64,000 nt of DNA from Harriotta raleighana. Its lineage: Eukaryota. Location: contig JBNZDD010013724.1 in assembly GCA_050575255.1 (NCBI GenBank), forward strand, positions 4,338,407-4,402,406. The letters run 5' to 3'. The notes under the pieces were generated by a model. It did not search any database. It saw only the letters and a program-made list of their open reading frames with translations, and had not been told where the DNA came from. Both the position numbers and the translations under genes were made by a program. Positions within the stretch are counted from its first letter, which is position 1; every line of letters starts with the position of its first letter. Positions 12,401 through 25,557 of the stretch are shown one piece after another.

Positions 12401-14231
12401 GGGTTAGGGGAGAAAGGGGGAAAAGATGGCAAGGGAAGGGGTCGGGGTAAATCTCTTAATCGTTTTTCTAATTTCCAATTATACTGTATTTTGCGCTAAA
12501 GGCTCAGTCTATATTCAGAAAATGTATGCTGCATATCTCTTATGTGATTACAACCAATATTGATACAGATCATAGATGCCAGAGCATTCAATTTGAAATG
12601 ATAATTTCTAATGAAGCTATTGTATTTCTTACTTATCTCATCTATCTTAAAATGCTGACTTTTATTTTCCAAGAGTTGCAGTCACAAAATATTATGTGCA
12701 TGGAAATCAGACTTCGTATGTTAAGCCCTGGCATAGTTAAATTGCTCAACAGAATGCACCCTTCTTCCACTTCATTCAGTGACCTGATCAATAGCTTATT
12801 GTATGAGCCATTTTGTCTCACATTTCATAGTTGACTTCTGATCTCAATATGAAAATCCATTTGCAATTGATGCAAACTGCTTCACATTTCTGGTTTTGTA
12901 TTAGAATGTGCTAGATCTTTAGGCCAATACATTCCTGCAAATATTTTGCATAACAACTACTGTACTCATTCATGTATATTTGCATTAACATTCAAAAAAT
13001 GAAATGTATTCCCAATATTTGCAAACACATTATCTTACAAATATAATTAATGCATAAGGATTATCTTCTCTAATCTTTCAAAATTTTATGTTCATGCTGT
13101 TTAATTCTTCGTTTTTTAAATTTAATTGAGACACAACTTGTAAAATATTCATAGCTTATGGCTATATTTCCTTGAACAAAGCAGTTTACATTCTATTCTA
13201 ATTTGTTTCTATCAATTCCTTTGGTTTATTTTATTTTATTTAGCTTCCCAACATGCAGTTACTATAGAGTAACCAAAACATTGTGATAACTATCCTATTA
13301 ACTAAAATATATATACTGTACTATACATATACTGTATATTTATATACAAAACATATAATCATTTATTTATGACTTATGAGACATTGTAATGGTATCACCA
13401 TTTTTGGTTGTCTGTATGTATGTCACATACATACAGGAAATGATGTGATCATTTTTAAGATCAATATGAGCCACCACAAGATTGTATTAAAGAAAACCAA
13501 TGATCACAAATATAAACATTCTGCATTGTTAAATACGCAATGGTTTTAAGACACCAATTTTAAAATTAATTGCTAGATTCCAGTACTAAATACTAATTTG
13601 TTTGTCAATGACTCACCAATATGAACTCAAATCACAGATGATTTGAACGCTGTACCATTAAAACAGGTTCCACTCCTGTATACCAGAATAGCTTTGTCTA
13701 TTAAAATCAATGTAACAAAGCATTCAGAGTTTCCAACCCTATCATTGTTATGCATGCTCTTTACATTACGCAGAACCTCAGCTACTTAATGATCAGGTTA
13801 CCTTGGGTGTATGTCTGGTTAATTCATACCACAAGACCCAAGATGTCAGGACTGAATATGTATACAATAGGAGTTGAAGGTTGGATTACAGCAGGAATTA
13901 GCTCAAGTTATTTTAAGTTTTTACTTGAGGGCATGTTCAAAGCAAAGAATAATCAATGATCCTCAGAACAACACAAAATAGTAGCATACCCAACCAAATA
14001 TAATAATAGTAATCCTTGCATTTGATATAGGGCTTTTCACTTCTTATCGATGTCTCAAACCGCATATAATATAAATATAGTATTTATGTATTTATATATA
14101 AGTATATATATAGTATATATAGTATTTATGCAGTGCAATGAAACTATTCCTAGCACTTAGAAGGGGATGATCACTACCTTTAAAGAGAGAGGATTGATTA
14201 ATCAATTACATAAGCATTTTTGTTAATATGA

Positions 14232-14848
14232 AAACAACAACAAAATATATTTATAGAGCACATTGGGAGGACGTCCCAAGGCGTTGAACAGTTAGGTCAG
14301 GATCCAAGCAGGGGAGGGAAGAGTTGCAGTAAGGGCAGGGGAACGGAGAAGGAAAGGGGGTAGAGTTAAGAGGGCAACAGAAGGCACAATCGAAGAGGAA
14401 GGTCTTGAGGTCAGCCTTGAACAATGAAAGGGAAGAAGCGAGATGAAGGGATTGCGGGATGGAGTTCCGGGGTGTGAGGGCAGAGAGGCTGAAAGCCTAG
14501 CCACCAATAGTAGGATGGTTCCGGCGGGGGACATGTAGCTGGCCAGAGCCTGCTGAACAGAGGGGACGGGCAGGCTGATAGGGAAGCAGCAGGTTGGAGT
14601 GATAGACGGGGGTAAGGGCGTGAATAGCTTTGAAAGTAAGGACGAGGATCTTGAATTCGATCCTCTGAGGAATGGGGAGCCAGTGGAGATGGGCAAGGGT
14701 GGGAGTGATGTGGTCACGGAGCATAGTACGGGAGAGTACATGAGCTGCAGGGTTCTGAATAATTAGCAGTTTGTGAAGGGAGGAGCTGGGAAGGCCGACG
14801 AGGAGAGAGGTCCCATAGTTGAGCCTTGATGTGATGAATGCGTGAACA
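14232..14848 (-). mobile_element. 5'-truncated L2 element
   Basis: ORF 14497-14724 reads RDHITPTLAHLHWLPIPQRIEFKILVLTFKAIH. 3' hairpin and tail present. Confidence 0.9.
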
Positions 14849-17800
14849 AACTATATTCTCTAAATAAGTAACTATGTAATAACTAAATAGATTTCATCCT
14901 GGTCCTGTTCTTTACAGGAAATATAATTTTAAAAAAGAAGACAATTCAGTTTGATTGTTGGAAACCCAGGTAAATCGTATTTTCTATATGTTGAGGATAT
15001 AGAGCAAACAAATGAACAGGAGCAATTCTGCTCACTATCAGATTATACAGGTTTAAGTTCATCATCTTTAGAAAGTGTTGAGTGTGAGCAAACATCGGCA
15101 ATTAATCTGAATTCAGAGTTTATGTGGCCAATAATTGAATTTATGCACACGCATAACACTAATCCAGCTGTGGAGTGCTGAGCATCTGGGTCCAATAATT
15201 AATCATAGGATTTGCAAAAGCCCTTTCCCTGTCAGGGCAATGGAGGTCTTTGTAGAGCAGTTATGGAGAGGTGGGATCAGCTATTTGGGGATGGAGGGCA
15301 GATCCCAAATGCTACAGCACAGCACAGAGCTTAGAGGAGATTGACAGTGGAATGATTGGGTTTCTGAAGTAAAGAATACTTGGCAGCATGTCACAAAAAA
15401 GTTACACAACTTAAAACAAATGAAGCACTGACTTTGGCCATATAAAAGACCTACTTAACATATCTGGCAATTCCTTTAATCTCTTGACAGAACTGGGAAA
15501 TGCAATGGATTTCTGTACATGCAGAACTAACATAGACCCCCGAGCATCATCAATCATCATCAGCACTTCATGCAGGCATCAGTAAAATAATATGCCAGGT
15601 GGATTGGATTATGAGTCCATCGGGTGCCAGTTTCATCAATTGCATTTTCTAACTTAACAGTAATGTTATTTTTTTCAAATTATCCATTATTAGCCTCTCC
15701 CCAGAAAAAGAGAGCATCACAATGAGGGTTTAAAAAGACACTGAATTACTTTGAAAAACAGGAGTCAAGTATAGATTTGTTCTGAGAACCAGTGGAAACC
15801 AGTCCAACGGTGTAGATGGCAAACCATAATTGTTTAACTTAATAGAAATTATCAAAATGAGGTAGTGCATGGACTAACATCTTTATGCAAAAGTGCACAA
15901 AACTTTGAGCAAAATAACCTATTAAAGACAACAAACCATTCAGGTTTTCTGAGAATATTCTGCTAAATCAAACAACAAAACCGAGAAGATATCATTCTTA
16001 TGTTAACACATTGCACTAGTAAGAATATTAGTACTGTATTAAAGAGAAACAAGAGCATGAGATTGACGTTTTGAGGAGATTGGTTCAGTTCAACTGAACT
16101 GACCAGTTTTTCTCATCCCTAAATACTGGGAAATATCCCTAAAAAGTGTATTTTTCCTTCGCTATTTGGGTAATGAAATCAGGGTACTTTTTGACACATT
16201 GCGACATAGTTCTTCCACATTAGATTCGAGCAAAGACCAATTTTAACAAAATATTTGAACAAAATGCTGATGGTGAATTTATTCAGCAGACAATGTGATA
16301 GTTTTTGAATGATGCAGTGCTGCACCAGTGTGATAATCAGCAGTGGAACTTTATATTATTAATGGAATGTGGTTTATCCAAATTAATACTTAATTAAATA
16401 TCACAAACCAATATATAACTGCTGAGATAAGTAGCTCATTGGACTAAATCTGAAAGAATGAAATATGCACTGGGCCAGATTAATTTTACTTGAATAATTT
16501 GCAGTTACGATAACAAGCTAAAGTTAAGCTATAATGCAATTTTATTTTAACAATATTTTAAGTAATCAGGGAGATGCAGATTATATTAAAAACACAGCTC
16601 TGTTAATGTATTGTTGATAAAGCTGATTAAAAAGCTTCCTTTTCCACAAGATAACATTGATTCTCTCCAGACACATTGTTAGTGTTAATGTTCTGAACCA
16701 AATAGTTTATGACCTAGCTAGGCTTTGAGGACAGACTTCAGTGTTTCTTTCCGCACATGCAGTATCCTGGAGCTAACTCACTTCTTCAGTCAGTACAGAT
16801 TTATCTCCATGGAATATATTCCTTTGAAGTGGCGGTGATGATTTTAAAAGTACAATATACTTTTTGTTGGCTTGTCACTCCTTATCTTTCAATATCCACT
16901 GTTATCTTTTTTATTAATTTAACAGCAATATTACATACTTATGGAAAATCCCTATAGATGAATGATATAATCTGCAGATAAATGGCAATATTGTTTGTAA
17001 AAAATTAATCTATCGATTAATTGCCAATTTCATTTACTATTGAGGTCTTCCCTAGACTATCCATAGTTTTATTTAGTACCATATGTTCTACTTTTAAACA
17101 GACATGATTTCACTCCATTAATCACTAGATTCTTGTAAATGTTAAGAATCAATATGCATAAATTTATTCTGTTCTGTTAAATACAACACTATCAGCAGCA
17201 TTACTCAGAGTCTAAGCACTAGTCAATCTACATTTTCTTTCAAATAAGCAGCCTTTCCTATTAGAGCTTTATCTGAATTAAAATTATCTTGAAAGATGTT
17301 CCTTGGTTGATATCGTCCCAGCTTTCATACAAAAACTACCCAAACATTCCTTTCTGCAAATGATTCGGGTGAAAAATACGATTTAATATCACATCATCAT
17401 TTTGTATTTCACCCTGTTACCTTACCCTAGATTTTATTCCTCACCTGTTGTTTACGTGAATTTTGTTTTACCATATGACTTTGTTAACATATAATTCAGC
17501 AGAAAGGAAAATATCACTTCCCCCCACCAGTTTAAGGCAAGAAGAGCAGTGGTATTATTTGTTATGGTACCGGAGTTGAGGCTAGAAAGGCAAAGTCACC
17601 TACAATAGTTCCATCTGATTTATGTGCTTTAAACTTAGGACTCAGCACTTCCAGTTTTCTTTTGCTATTTACGCATACAAGATGATAGACTGACTATAAA
17701 GTAACACTGTCTTTGTAAAAACTTATTTAGTTTCCAGAAATAGATGCAATGTTGTCCTTGATCACTTAACATCACCTAACTGTGCAGTAAAGTTTCTCTG

Positions 17801-20210
17801 GAGTCAGATATCTGAATTCAAAGTCACAATAACATCCTGGTGTTAGTTCTGCTGACAGAGAGTAATACTATTCTCTGAACTGGTTTTGCAGCAAAGTTCA
17901 ACATGCTGGGTGAAGGCTAAATGCTTAATAAGTGTGGATCCAGATTTGAATGTATAAAATTCAGTACTAAATTGCTATGGCTTCTTCCTAAATTGGTTAT
18001 TCATGAACCAGTGACTTTTCTGAAGGTCAACAGGTTGAGCTCCAAGCAAATCCCATGTCATGCTTCCCAGAGAGCATGTATATTATTCAATGGAACGAGA
18101 TTCCAATTTTTAAAGTCAGCTTTACTCCAGCCTGGGGTTCAATGTTCTGCTATTGCGAGGCACTCCACTGAGCATTGCGACCTGACAGAACTCACTGCAA
18201 TCATGGCTGGGAGTTTAAAGTGCCAAGTAACTAAGTTCTATGGAATGACAGTAAAGCATGAAGTAAATACATTGTATGGAAGAGGAAATGGGTGACTAAA
18301 ATGTCAACTGTGGAAGAGACTGAGATAAAGTGGATTATAAATACAATTAACGGTTGAGCTTTTAAGTTTGCAATATCGCTGTTCTCAAAAGAATTTTTAA
18401 CAGCAAAAATATAGAACAAAATTACTGATGAAAGAAAATTTCTTTTCAGAAGGGGCATTTTCCCTTATAAAATGTAATTGACATTTATATAATAAAATAA
18501 AGCACACTACATTTACATAATAATGAAATATGTGTCTGGATATATGACAACCCAGCAGACACAGCATTAGCGGGGAATGATTATTTTTCATGTAATTAAT
18601 CCTAATGCAGTTTAATGCAAAATGTGACCGCAAAGTTTCAGTAACTGCTGACAGACGCAACCTGTCTTGTTTATGCATAGCATAAATGCCAATCTCCTGA
18701 CAAAATGACTGATTTATCTTTCTTTCAAGTCAATACATCTTTATTTAGAAACATGAACCTGAATGATTGCTAATATAGCTTTTCTTGCACATCGGAAAAA
18801 CATTGGCCAAACATTGACTTGAAACTGCAGTGCAGCAGAAAGTGCCTCTTTTGAGAACATCCAAAAACTGGAACAATAGATCTGCCCTAGTTTCACAAAA
18901 TGCACAATACAGTAAAACTTGCATAAATCTTATTTTTATAAAATCATATAATCGCCCATTCATATGTTCACGCGAGTCCCATTCCATTTCCTAACAAAAC
19001 CACTTAAGATTCCTTTTGCATTACTCCTATCGATCATCAAACTCGTAATGCTACACCCCAATTCTGCATCACTCCAGCTCTTTTCGGCTGCAATCAATTG
19101 TGGGAAATGACAATACTAACCCATCAACACATGTGCACTTACCAGCTGCAATGACAAAGTACCGCGTATGTACTTACCAGCTACATTGATTCATGCAAGC
19201 ACAATGGTGATCGTTGATTTTATATCAAATTTTATATGACTTATACAGTTTGCCTGCAACTCAGACTTCACGTAAGTCATGTTGAATGTTTTGGTCTTGA
19301 CTGATATGACTTATGTGAGTTTTACTTCCCAGAAACTGTTGAATAACATACCTGAACTATCCCCAGGTTTTTTCCCCGAATAAATTTATAAACATGGTTT
19401 TGTTCCTACTTTATAACTGATTTTTTTCCCCCACCCTACATGTCAATCAAAATACTAATATTATCTCACTGTTTTAAAATGTCATAGATGTTTACTACTT
19501 TGCATGACAAATGCAAACTATGTTTGGGGCTTTTGTATAAAACTAAAGGGTGACGAAAAAGTTGTGATACAATTACAATGTCTTAAATAAATGATGATTT
19601 TATCTAAATAATAGGGTAATTATCACCACTATTTGGCCACCCTGTATTGATCGGGAGTCGACCAAATCATGGTTCCAGGTCATGTGTATTCTGTATCAGA
19701 TCAATTGGTATTACAAAACACAATATATAATTTTATAAATGGTACTGTATAATGATATCACAATACAGGAATTTAACAGATTTGCCCTGCCAACTCAGAG
19801 GGTCAAAGAGTCACTTCCTTTATGTACTGAAGTCATATTCTTTGCAAAATTACATCAGCTGATTTCTTCCAAGTTGTTCACATGCAGACAGTGAAACCAA
19901 CAGGACCTAAACGTTGAGCATTATTTTATTGATGGTGAAACACAGAAACTTTTAGTTGAATGAGACTGAATTTTATTATTGATAGGGTATCTGAACTGAA
20001 ATTGCAGTTGCTATTAGATATAGCACCATTGAAAATGCACAATTATCTGGGGGATATCCCATTAGAGACCAACTCCACAAAGGCATAACGCAGCCCATTG
20101 TTTAACGTTTGATTGTAATATTTGTACACCACGTAATTGGTATATTTACTTAGTGGTCTGAGAATATAAATGCATATCAATGTATAAATTAATGATTGAT
20201 GCACCCTTAC

Positions 20211-20427
20211 CATTTTCCATATGCTCTGCTTCACCAACACTGCCATCAGGAGTGGTCCTCTCGTAGTTGTCTTCTGGAAGTGGGAGTGAGCCTAATCTTG
20301 GTCCCGATGAACTCTTGCTGCTCGGTGTTTCCGATTCTTCCAAACCACTGTCATAGCAGCTCTGCAGGGAGCCCTGATGTGGATCCTGAGGCTGACTCAC
20401 CACAGAGAAAGTCACTCGACGGAAAGG
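20211..20427 (-). CDS. PCDH7: Protocadherin-7 internal cytoplasmic-domain exon (CM3/CM1 region)
   Basis: Minus strand reads tgtttttttctag|CCT TTC CGT CGA GTG... = PFRRVTFSVVSQPQDPHQGSLQSCYDSGLEESETPSSKSSSGPRLGSLPLPEDNYERTTPDGSVGEAEHMEN G|gtaagg. Acceptor and donor are canonical, phase 0 to phase 1. The peptide is near-identical to the vertebrate PCDH7 long-isoform exon as I recall it (RRVTF PP1-binding motif, DSG motif). Confidence 0.93.
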
Positions 20428-20817
20428 CTAGAAAAAAACAATTATGTGTGTCACTGCTATATTTAAAACATTAAGTCCTCATTGCTGAGTGCAAAAAAAA
20501 AGTGGGCTGCTGAAACATTGAAAGGATGTGCTGTACTCCTCTCCTAATTCTACAGCAAATGTCACTACTAGTAACAATTACACCCATTGAAAGGCGTTGA
20601 GAATGTTGCTCTTTTCTTTTGCGTCATATGTTTGTACAGTGATTAATCAGGATCACTCCTCTTTCATTCTTCTATATCTATGTTTATTGTTATTCATACA
20701 ATCTCCCTAACAATTCTTATTTTATGTGTTGTCGACATCATCAATATGATAAACCTCAGCTCTGGTGGATACCTCAGCTTATTTTTTGATGTGTTTGCGG
20801 TTGTTTCCACAACTTAA

Positions 20818-20895
20818 AAGATCAAGCATGATCTTATAGAATGGTGGAACAGGCTCGAGGAACTGAACAGCCCACTCCTGTGTCTATGTTTCTAT
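20818..20895 (+). mobile_element. CR1-type 3' end fragment
   Basis: agatcaagcatgatcttatagaatggtggaacaggctcgagg..ctgaa..cccactcctg..tctatgtttctat is a typical shark CR1 3'UTR. Confidence 0.7.
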
Positions 20896-21504
20896 ACTTT
20901 TATTAACAACATAACACGTTGATCAGAGGCAACATCTATTATAGGAAATACGAAGACAGTGACTTACAACTAAGATACACCTTACGTATGCCCTTGAATG
21001 CTCAGCAGATATCGGTTACATCTGACAAATTTACATAATGTATGGATGTTTCTGCTCCAAATACCATGTGGCAGGTTATGTATCTTCCAAGTTTAAATGA
21101 TCCAAATCAGAGCATTGGCTACAAATCTGCTGGGAGTCGGCTCAGTTAGCCTCATTTCACAAGCTTGACCTTAACATGACCAACATGCACATCTCTGCTA
21201 TGCAGTTTCTTATTGCTTTTGGTGAACATGCAGCATCCAGGTACAATGATAACATTATCACTATACAACAGGACAGGTGATGGCTTCCATTCAAAATCAG
21301 TCAAACTGATTACATTTAGTTATGTTTGGATTTCTAACCATATTTAACAACTAAAGCATAGCTTCTCGTCTGCATAGAAATGATCAGGTATAAAATGAGA
21401 TTTAAGATGGGATAATTCTCACCAATAAAATATATGACTTTGCAAATCATATTTCTCCTACTTCTTATCGCAATGTGTAAAAGTAAAGATTTGAATTCAA
21501 ATTC

Positions 21505-21680
21505 TAGACTGACATTCCAGTGTAGTATTAGGTGGGTGCTGCATTGTTGGAGGAATCATCTTTCTGATGAATTGTTAAACTGAGATTCTGTTTGCCTGTT
21601 TACAGGTGAATATTAATGATCTTTGATTTGAAAAAAAAAACAAGTTTATACTGTTGTTTTGGGTAACAATTCTCCAATTT
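21505..21680 (+). mobile_element. Ancient DeuSINE (SacSINE1/AmnSINE-like) fragment
   Basis: ctgacattccagtgtagtatt..gtgctgcattgttggagg..tctttctgatga..gttaaactgag..caggtgaatatt matches the Deu-domain consensus as I recall it. Confidence 0.7.
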
Positions 21681-21994
21681 AGTTAAACATTCACCACATG
21701 CCTCTTTATTGAACCTTATTGTGAGCAAAAGGTAGTATTTATTATAACGTACTTTGATAGATTTCTAAATACAGAATTCAAATACAAATTCTTTCATTAG
21801 AATGCACATAACTGTTTTCATTTCATGTACATTGAAAGGATGGCAAAAGTGTATTTCTTGATTATCTAGAAGCAGGTTAGAGCAACTTTCCAGTCAAACC
21901 CCAAAGACAGCATGCTATAATTAATCAAGCAGTGTTTTATAGGAGACTGCATATTTTTGTAGGTCCGCGATGTCACATTTAACCAAGTGATTCT

Positions 21995-22190
21995 CCTAGT
22001 GCCAATGATACCATCTGTGGAAATATTCCCAGCCAGACCTGCTTTGTCAACCATGCCAAATTTCCCATCTGTTATAAAGTTCTCAGTTGTGCCATCTGTG
22101 CCAATTTTGCCAACAGTGTCATCTGTGTCACCTATGCTTGCTTTACAATTGTACCAACAATGCCACCTGTGTTACAAATGCCTGCTGTAG
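21995..22190. repeat. Degenerate 9-bp tandem repeat (approx. GTGCCATCT)
   Basis: Recurring tgccatctgtg/taccatctg/tcccatctg in a 9-nt register. Confidence 0.6.
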
Positions 22191-22934
22191 AGCTTTGTTC
22201 AATACAGTGCTAGCTATGTAAGTTGTGCTGTCTCTCTGACTATGGCAAATACAGTATATGGGTTCTATCTATTGTACCATCTAATTTGTTAAGTGTGCTA
22301 AAAGCGCAAATAAACAAGCAGGAAAGAACGGTTTCCTTTTACCTCCTATCTAAACAATCAAGTCACTGGTACAATGAACAAAAGGTTTTTCAATGCCTGC
22401 TATTTCTGTCAGTGCCATCATGCTCAATCGTGTTAATCAAATGTGTGTTTCACGCTAATAAATGACCCATCTGAGGCTAACTCATGAAATTGCAATTTTC
22501 CCCTTCCTAAGCAACTGAATGATCATAAAATACTTTAAATTAACATCTTCATAGATTGCTGCCAAGCACAGGGTAACTAATGAATACCAATCTCATTGTC
22601 AAATCAAAATACATTTGGTGTGGATGTTTTGAAATCCAAAGAGTTATTTTGACTGAGAGGAAACAAGAAGCTCGCTTTGTAATTTTGTGAACTCTACATA
22701 TCTCAAAAATTCTTTGAGACATCCTCCCGACATGAAAGGTGTTTTAAAAATGTGAATCATTGTAACTTTGACTTCAGCTTTTTGCCCATTATAGAAAAAC
22801 CCACAAACATTTAAACATTTAAAAAGTTAAATTTTTTATTATTTTGTGGGACCAAGATTAGCATGTAGTAATCTTTTGTAACATTATATGGGTGGGCCAG
22901 AAGAACAAAGGCAGGGTGAAAAGTAAGCCATTTT

Positions 22935-23178
22935 TTCTTATTCCATATGCCTCTGTTTACCTTTACCTCTGTTTAGTCGATTGCCAGATAACTTTTTCGG
23001 GATAATAATCCCTTTGTAAAAAAAAAATGTGGTCACTGCTGAGCACAATCGGCTGCCGTGTTTCATCCAGAAAATATGCAATCACTCCACCTTACATTGT
23101 ATCCTGTGAAGCGCTTTGAGAGGTCTGAAAGATGTGATAAGGCACTGCATAAAATGCAAGGATTATTATTATTATTAA
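22935..23178 (+). mobile_element. Degenerate SINE (middle plus tail)
   Basis: tgcctctgtttacc..ttagtcgattg..ggctgccgtgtttc..ctgtgaagcgctttgag..tgcaaggattattattatt. Confidence 0.75.
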
Positions 23179-24239
23179 GACAATTAATAGTTGCTGCCAG
23201 AAACTACATTCTTAGTTAATTAAAATTATCCAATCTACAAAAGGCATCCTGCTTATTTCATTGCTGTAAATTTCGGGAGCAGAGTCATGGCTACATGTTT
23301 TCCACTGACTATGAGCAGAAAGTGGTACAATTACACACTGTTATTATAAAGCTTTTTGTGAACCAAACTGAAAGTCAAGATTATGAGTATTGCAGCAATG
23401 ATCTTTAGATATTCTTATTTCTGAGAAAAATTATTCAAAAACGATCGTACTAAAAATAATTAAGAGAAACATCAAGCTCATCTCTTTGTTGCAAATCTTC
23501 GGGTCATGTGCTGCATTCCAATAAGTGATTCACTTTGCAGACACTTAGAATACTTCAGCTTGTACGACAACAGAATTCAAATGAACTTTTTCTTTACCTC
23601 CTCATGACCACGTGGAAGCCATAAGCCAAGGGCAACAAAAGGACTGATTTAAGTTATTTCTGTGATGTTTCTATGAATTGAGCTATATTAATGCTAGATT
23701 TTCATCAAAATCAGTTATCAGAATTTCTTTTCTGTTTGCTTATGTGCAATATTTATTAACAACATTTCTTGATTTCTAACTAATTATCTAAGAATTAACA
23801 AATTGACTATAATTTGATCTATTTTAGGGTTCCTTAAAATTAATGGAACATTTGTGATTATGACTAATAACTAATTACTGGAAGAAATCCCCACTCAAAT
23901 GACTGAAGAAATACTGCAAAATTGATCGGAATATGTCTGCCCATAAATATGCATAAATGTGTGATAGGACAGGAATATTTTAAAATATCCTCTGTATCAC
24001 ATCTTTGTATGCCTATTCTGATGACAACCACTAATTTGTTAATGCAATATTTTCAATCAGGATACTCAGAATTACTATATTTCATTCGAAGATTGACAAG
24101 TATAGTTTAGAAGATCACAATACTGTTTTTCTATGCAAAGGGAAACTTCCAAAATTTGATTGAGAAGAATTGCAAGAGAATATATGATTGTTCTTCTCTT
24201 TCCCTCAGGAAAGCATCCAGTTCCACAAGATCTCATGAG

Positions 24240-24365
24240 GTGATGGGGAATGCGACCATAAGCGCAGTCAAATTGATTGGTCTTTAGCCGCAACCTGAAG
24301 ATGGTGGAAGGAGGGGATGAGGCAAAGTTGAGGGAGGGAGTTCCAAATTTTCGGGGAATAGAATG
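24240..24365 (-). mobile_element. Degenerate L2 3' fragment
   Basis: Minus strand reads ...FGTPSL..FRLRLKTNQFDCAYG, resembling the end of L2 ORF2 (FK..LKT.LF..AF). Confidence 0.55.
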
Positions 24366-25209
24366 GGTTGACAGTCCATGACTATTTAGTTCTCTGTGAA
24401 AGTGCAGCAATTAGGCATGCGGCAACATACAATTCACAGCATTAATTCAAGATGAGAGTTTAGCAATCTCTCACGTCACCATCTACTGAGAGCAAGTGAC
24501 AAGCTAGCCGGGACAAATCCAGAAGAGGGGAATGTTTGAATACTGTATCAGTGTGAAGCAGTTAGATCACTTCAGACAAATGCATTCTTTTATCTGCTGG
24601 TTAGATAATCATTGCACAGTACCTTGTTTGTTCCTTTCCATCCCAACACTATGTATACCTCTCATACTTTCCACTGGAACTTAGGTTACACATTTGAAGG
24701 GTTAATTCATATCATGCACCAATTCAAACTATAATAACCATGGTAATATGTCTGGATAATTTATTCAAAAGGCTCAACATACCTTCTGTTTATGAAGATA
24801 ATGTTCTAATACACCACAAAAAAAGTGATCATATTTTATTTTTAGCATCACATCCCTCAACGTCATCAGTAGAATAGCATTAATGGATTTGGCCTCATGT
24901 CATTGATTATCCTGTTACTGATACATCGTGACAGGGAATCAGACCATTAACCCTTCATCAGCAAGTACTCATTGTTCGCTTGATTCAAAATAGCTTTGCT
25001 GAATTCAGTGCAAAAAATAGTTGTAGTGTTACAGAAGAAATGCTTATGGGATTGTGTGGACATCAGAAAGGTCGATGTCTATTCACAGTAAATGACAGTA
25101 AAGAAGTAAACTATTGTATTTTGCACCAATCTCAAGTCTGAGGAACTGTAGTGTTCATTTTTGTTAGATAGTGAAGTTACTAATTTCACCAATGCTTATA
25201 ATATGGTTT

Positions 25210-25465
25210 CCCAATTGCAAAAATACAGAGGCCGGCATAAAGCCAGTAATTTTATTGAACTGATGAGAATATGGAATTCACTGCCAGAAACTTCATTTGA
25301 AGCAAAAAGCATCAACATGTTTAAGAGGAAACTAGATATATATTCATCACGAGAATGAATAGCGATATTTAGGAAAGGAGAGTACGAAGGGTAGAGGCTT
25401 GTTTGGATTATTAATAGTGGCACAAACAAGTTGATTGAATAGCCTGTTTCTGAGCTGTATCACAT
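25210..25465 (+). mobile_element. CR1 3' end
   Basis: ORF 25161-25358 contains RIWNSLPE..EAKSINMFKRKLD, the CR1 ORF2 terminus, followed by the 3'UTR. Confidence 0.75.
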
Positions 25466-25557
25466 TATGCAATTCTAAAGAAATTAAGATAGCAGAATTG
25501 CTATTACAGAATAGCTGGATTAAATACATTAATTTCCATACAGATATGTATATATTT

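Larger units (their letters stand above)
1..20210 (-). other. PCDH7: PCDH7 intron downstream of the CM3/CM1 exon (next exon DSRPLPDVALTGKCTRECD... not seen in window)
   Basis: GT donor at 20210-20209. No matching downstream exon was recognised. PCDH7 is known to have very long introns. Confidence 0.65.

Noticed and set aside
20146-20210. Read-through of the PCDH7 frame into the intron (GKGASIINLYID...)
   Set aside because: A canonical donor is present at 20210. The extension is short and AT-rich and shows no homology that I recognise.
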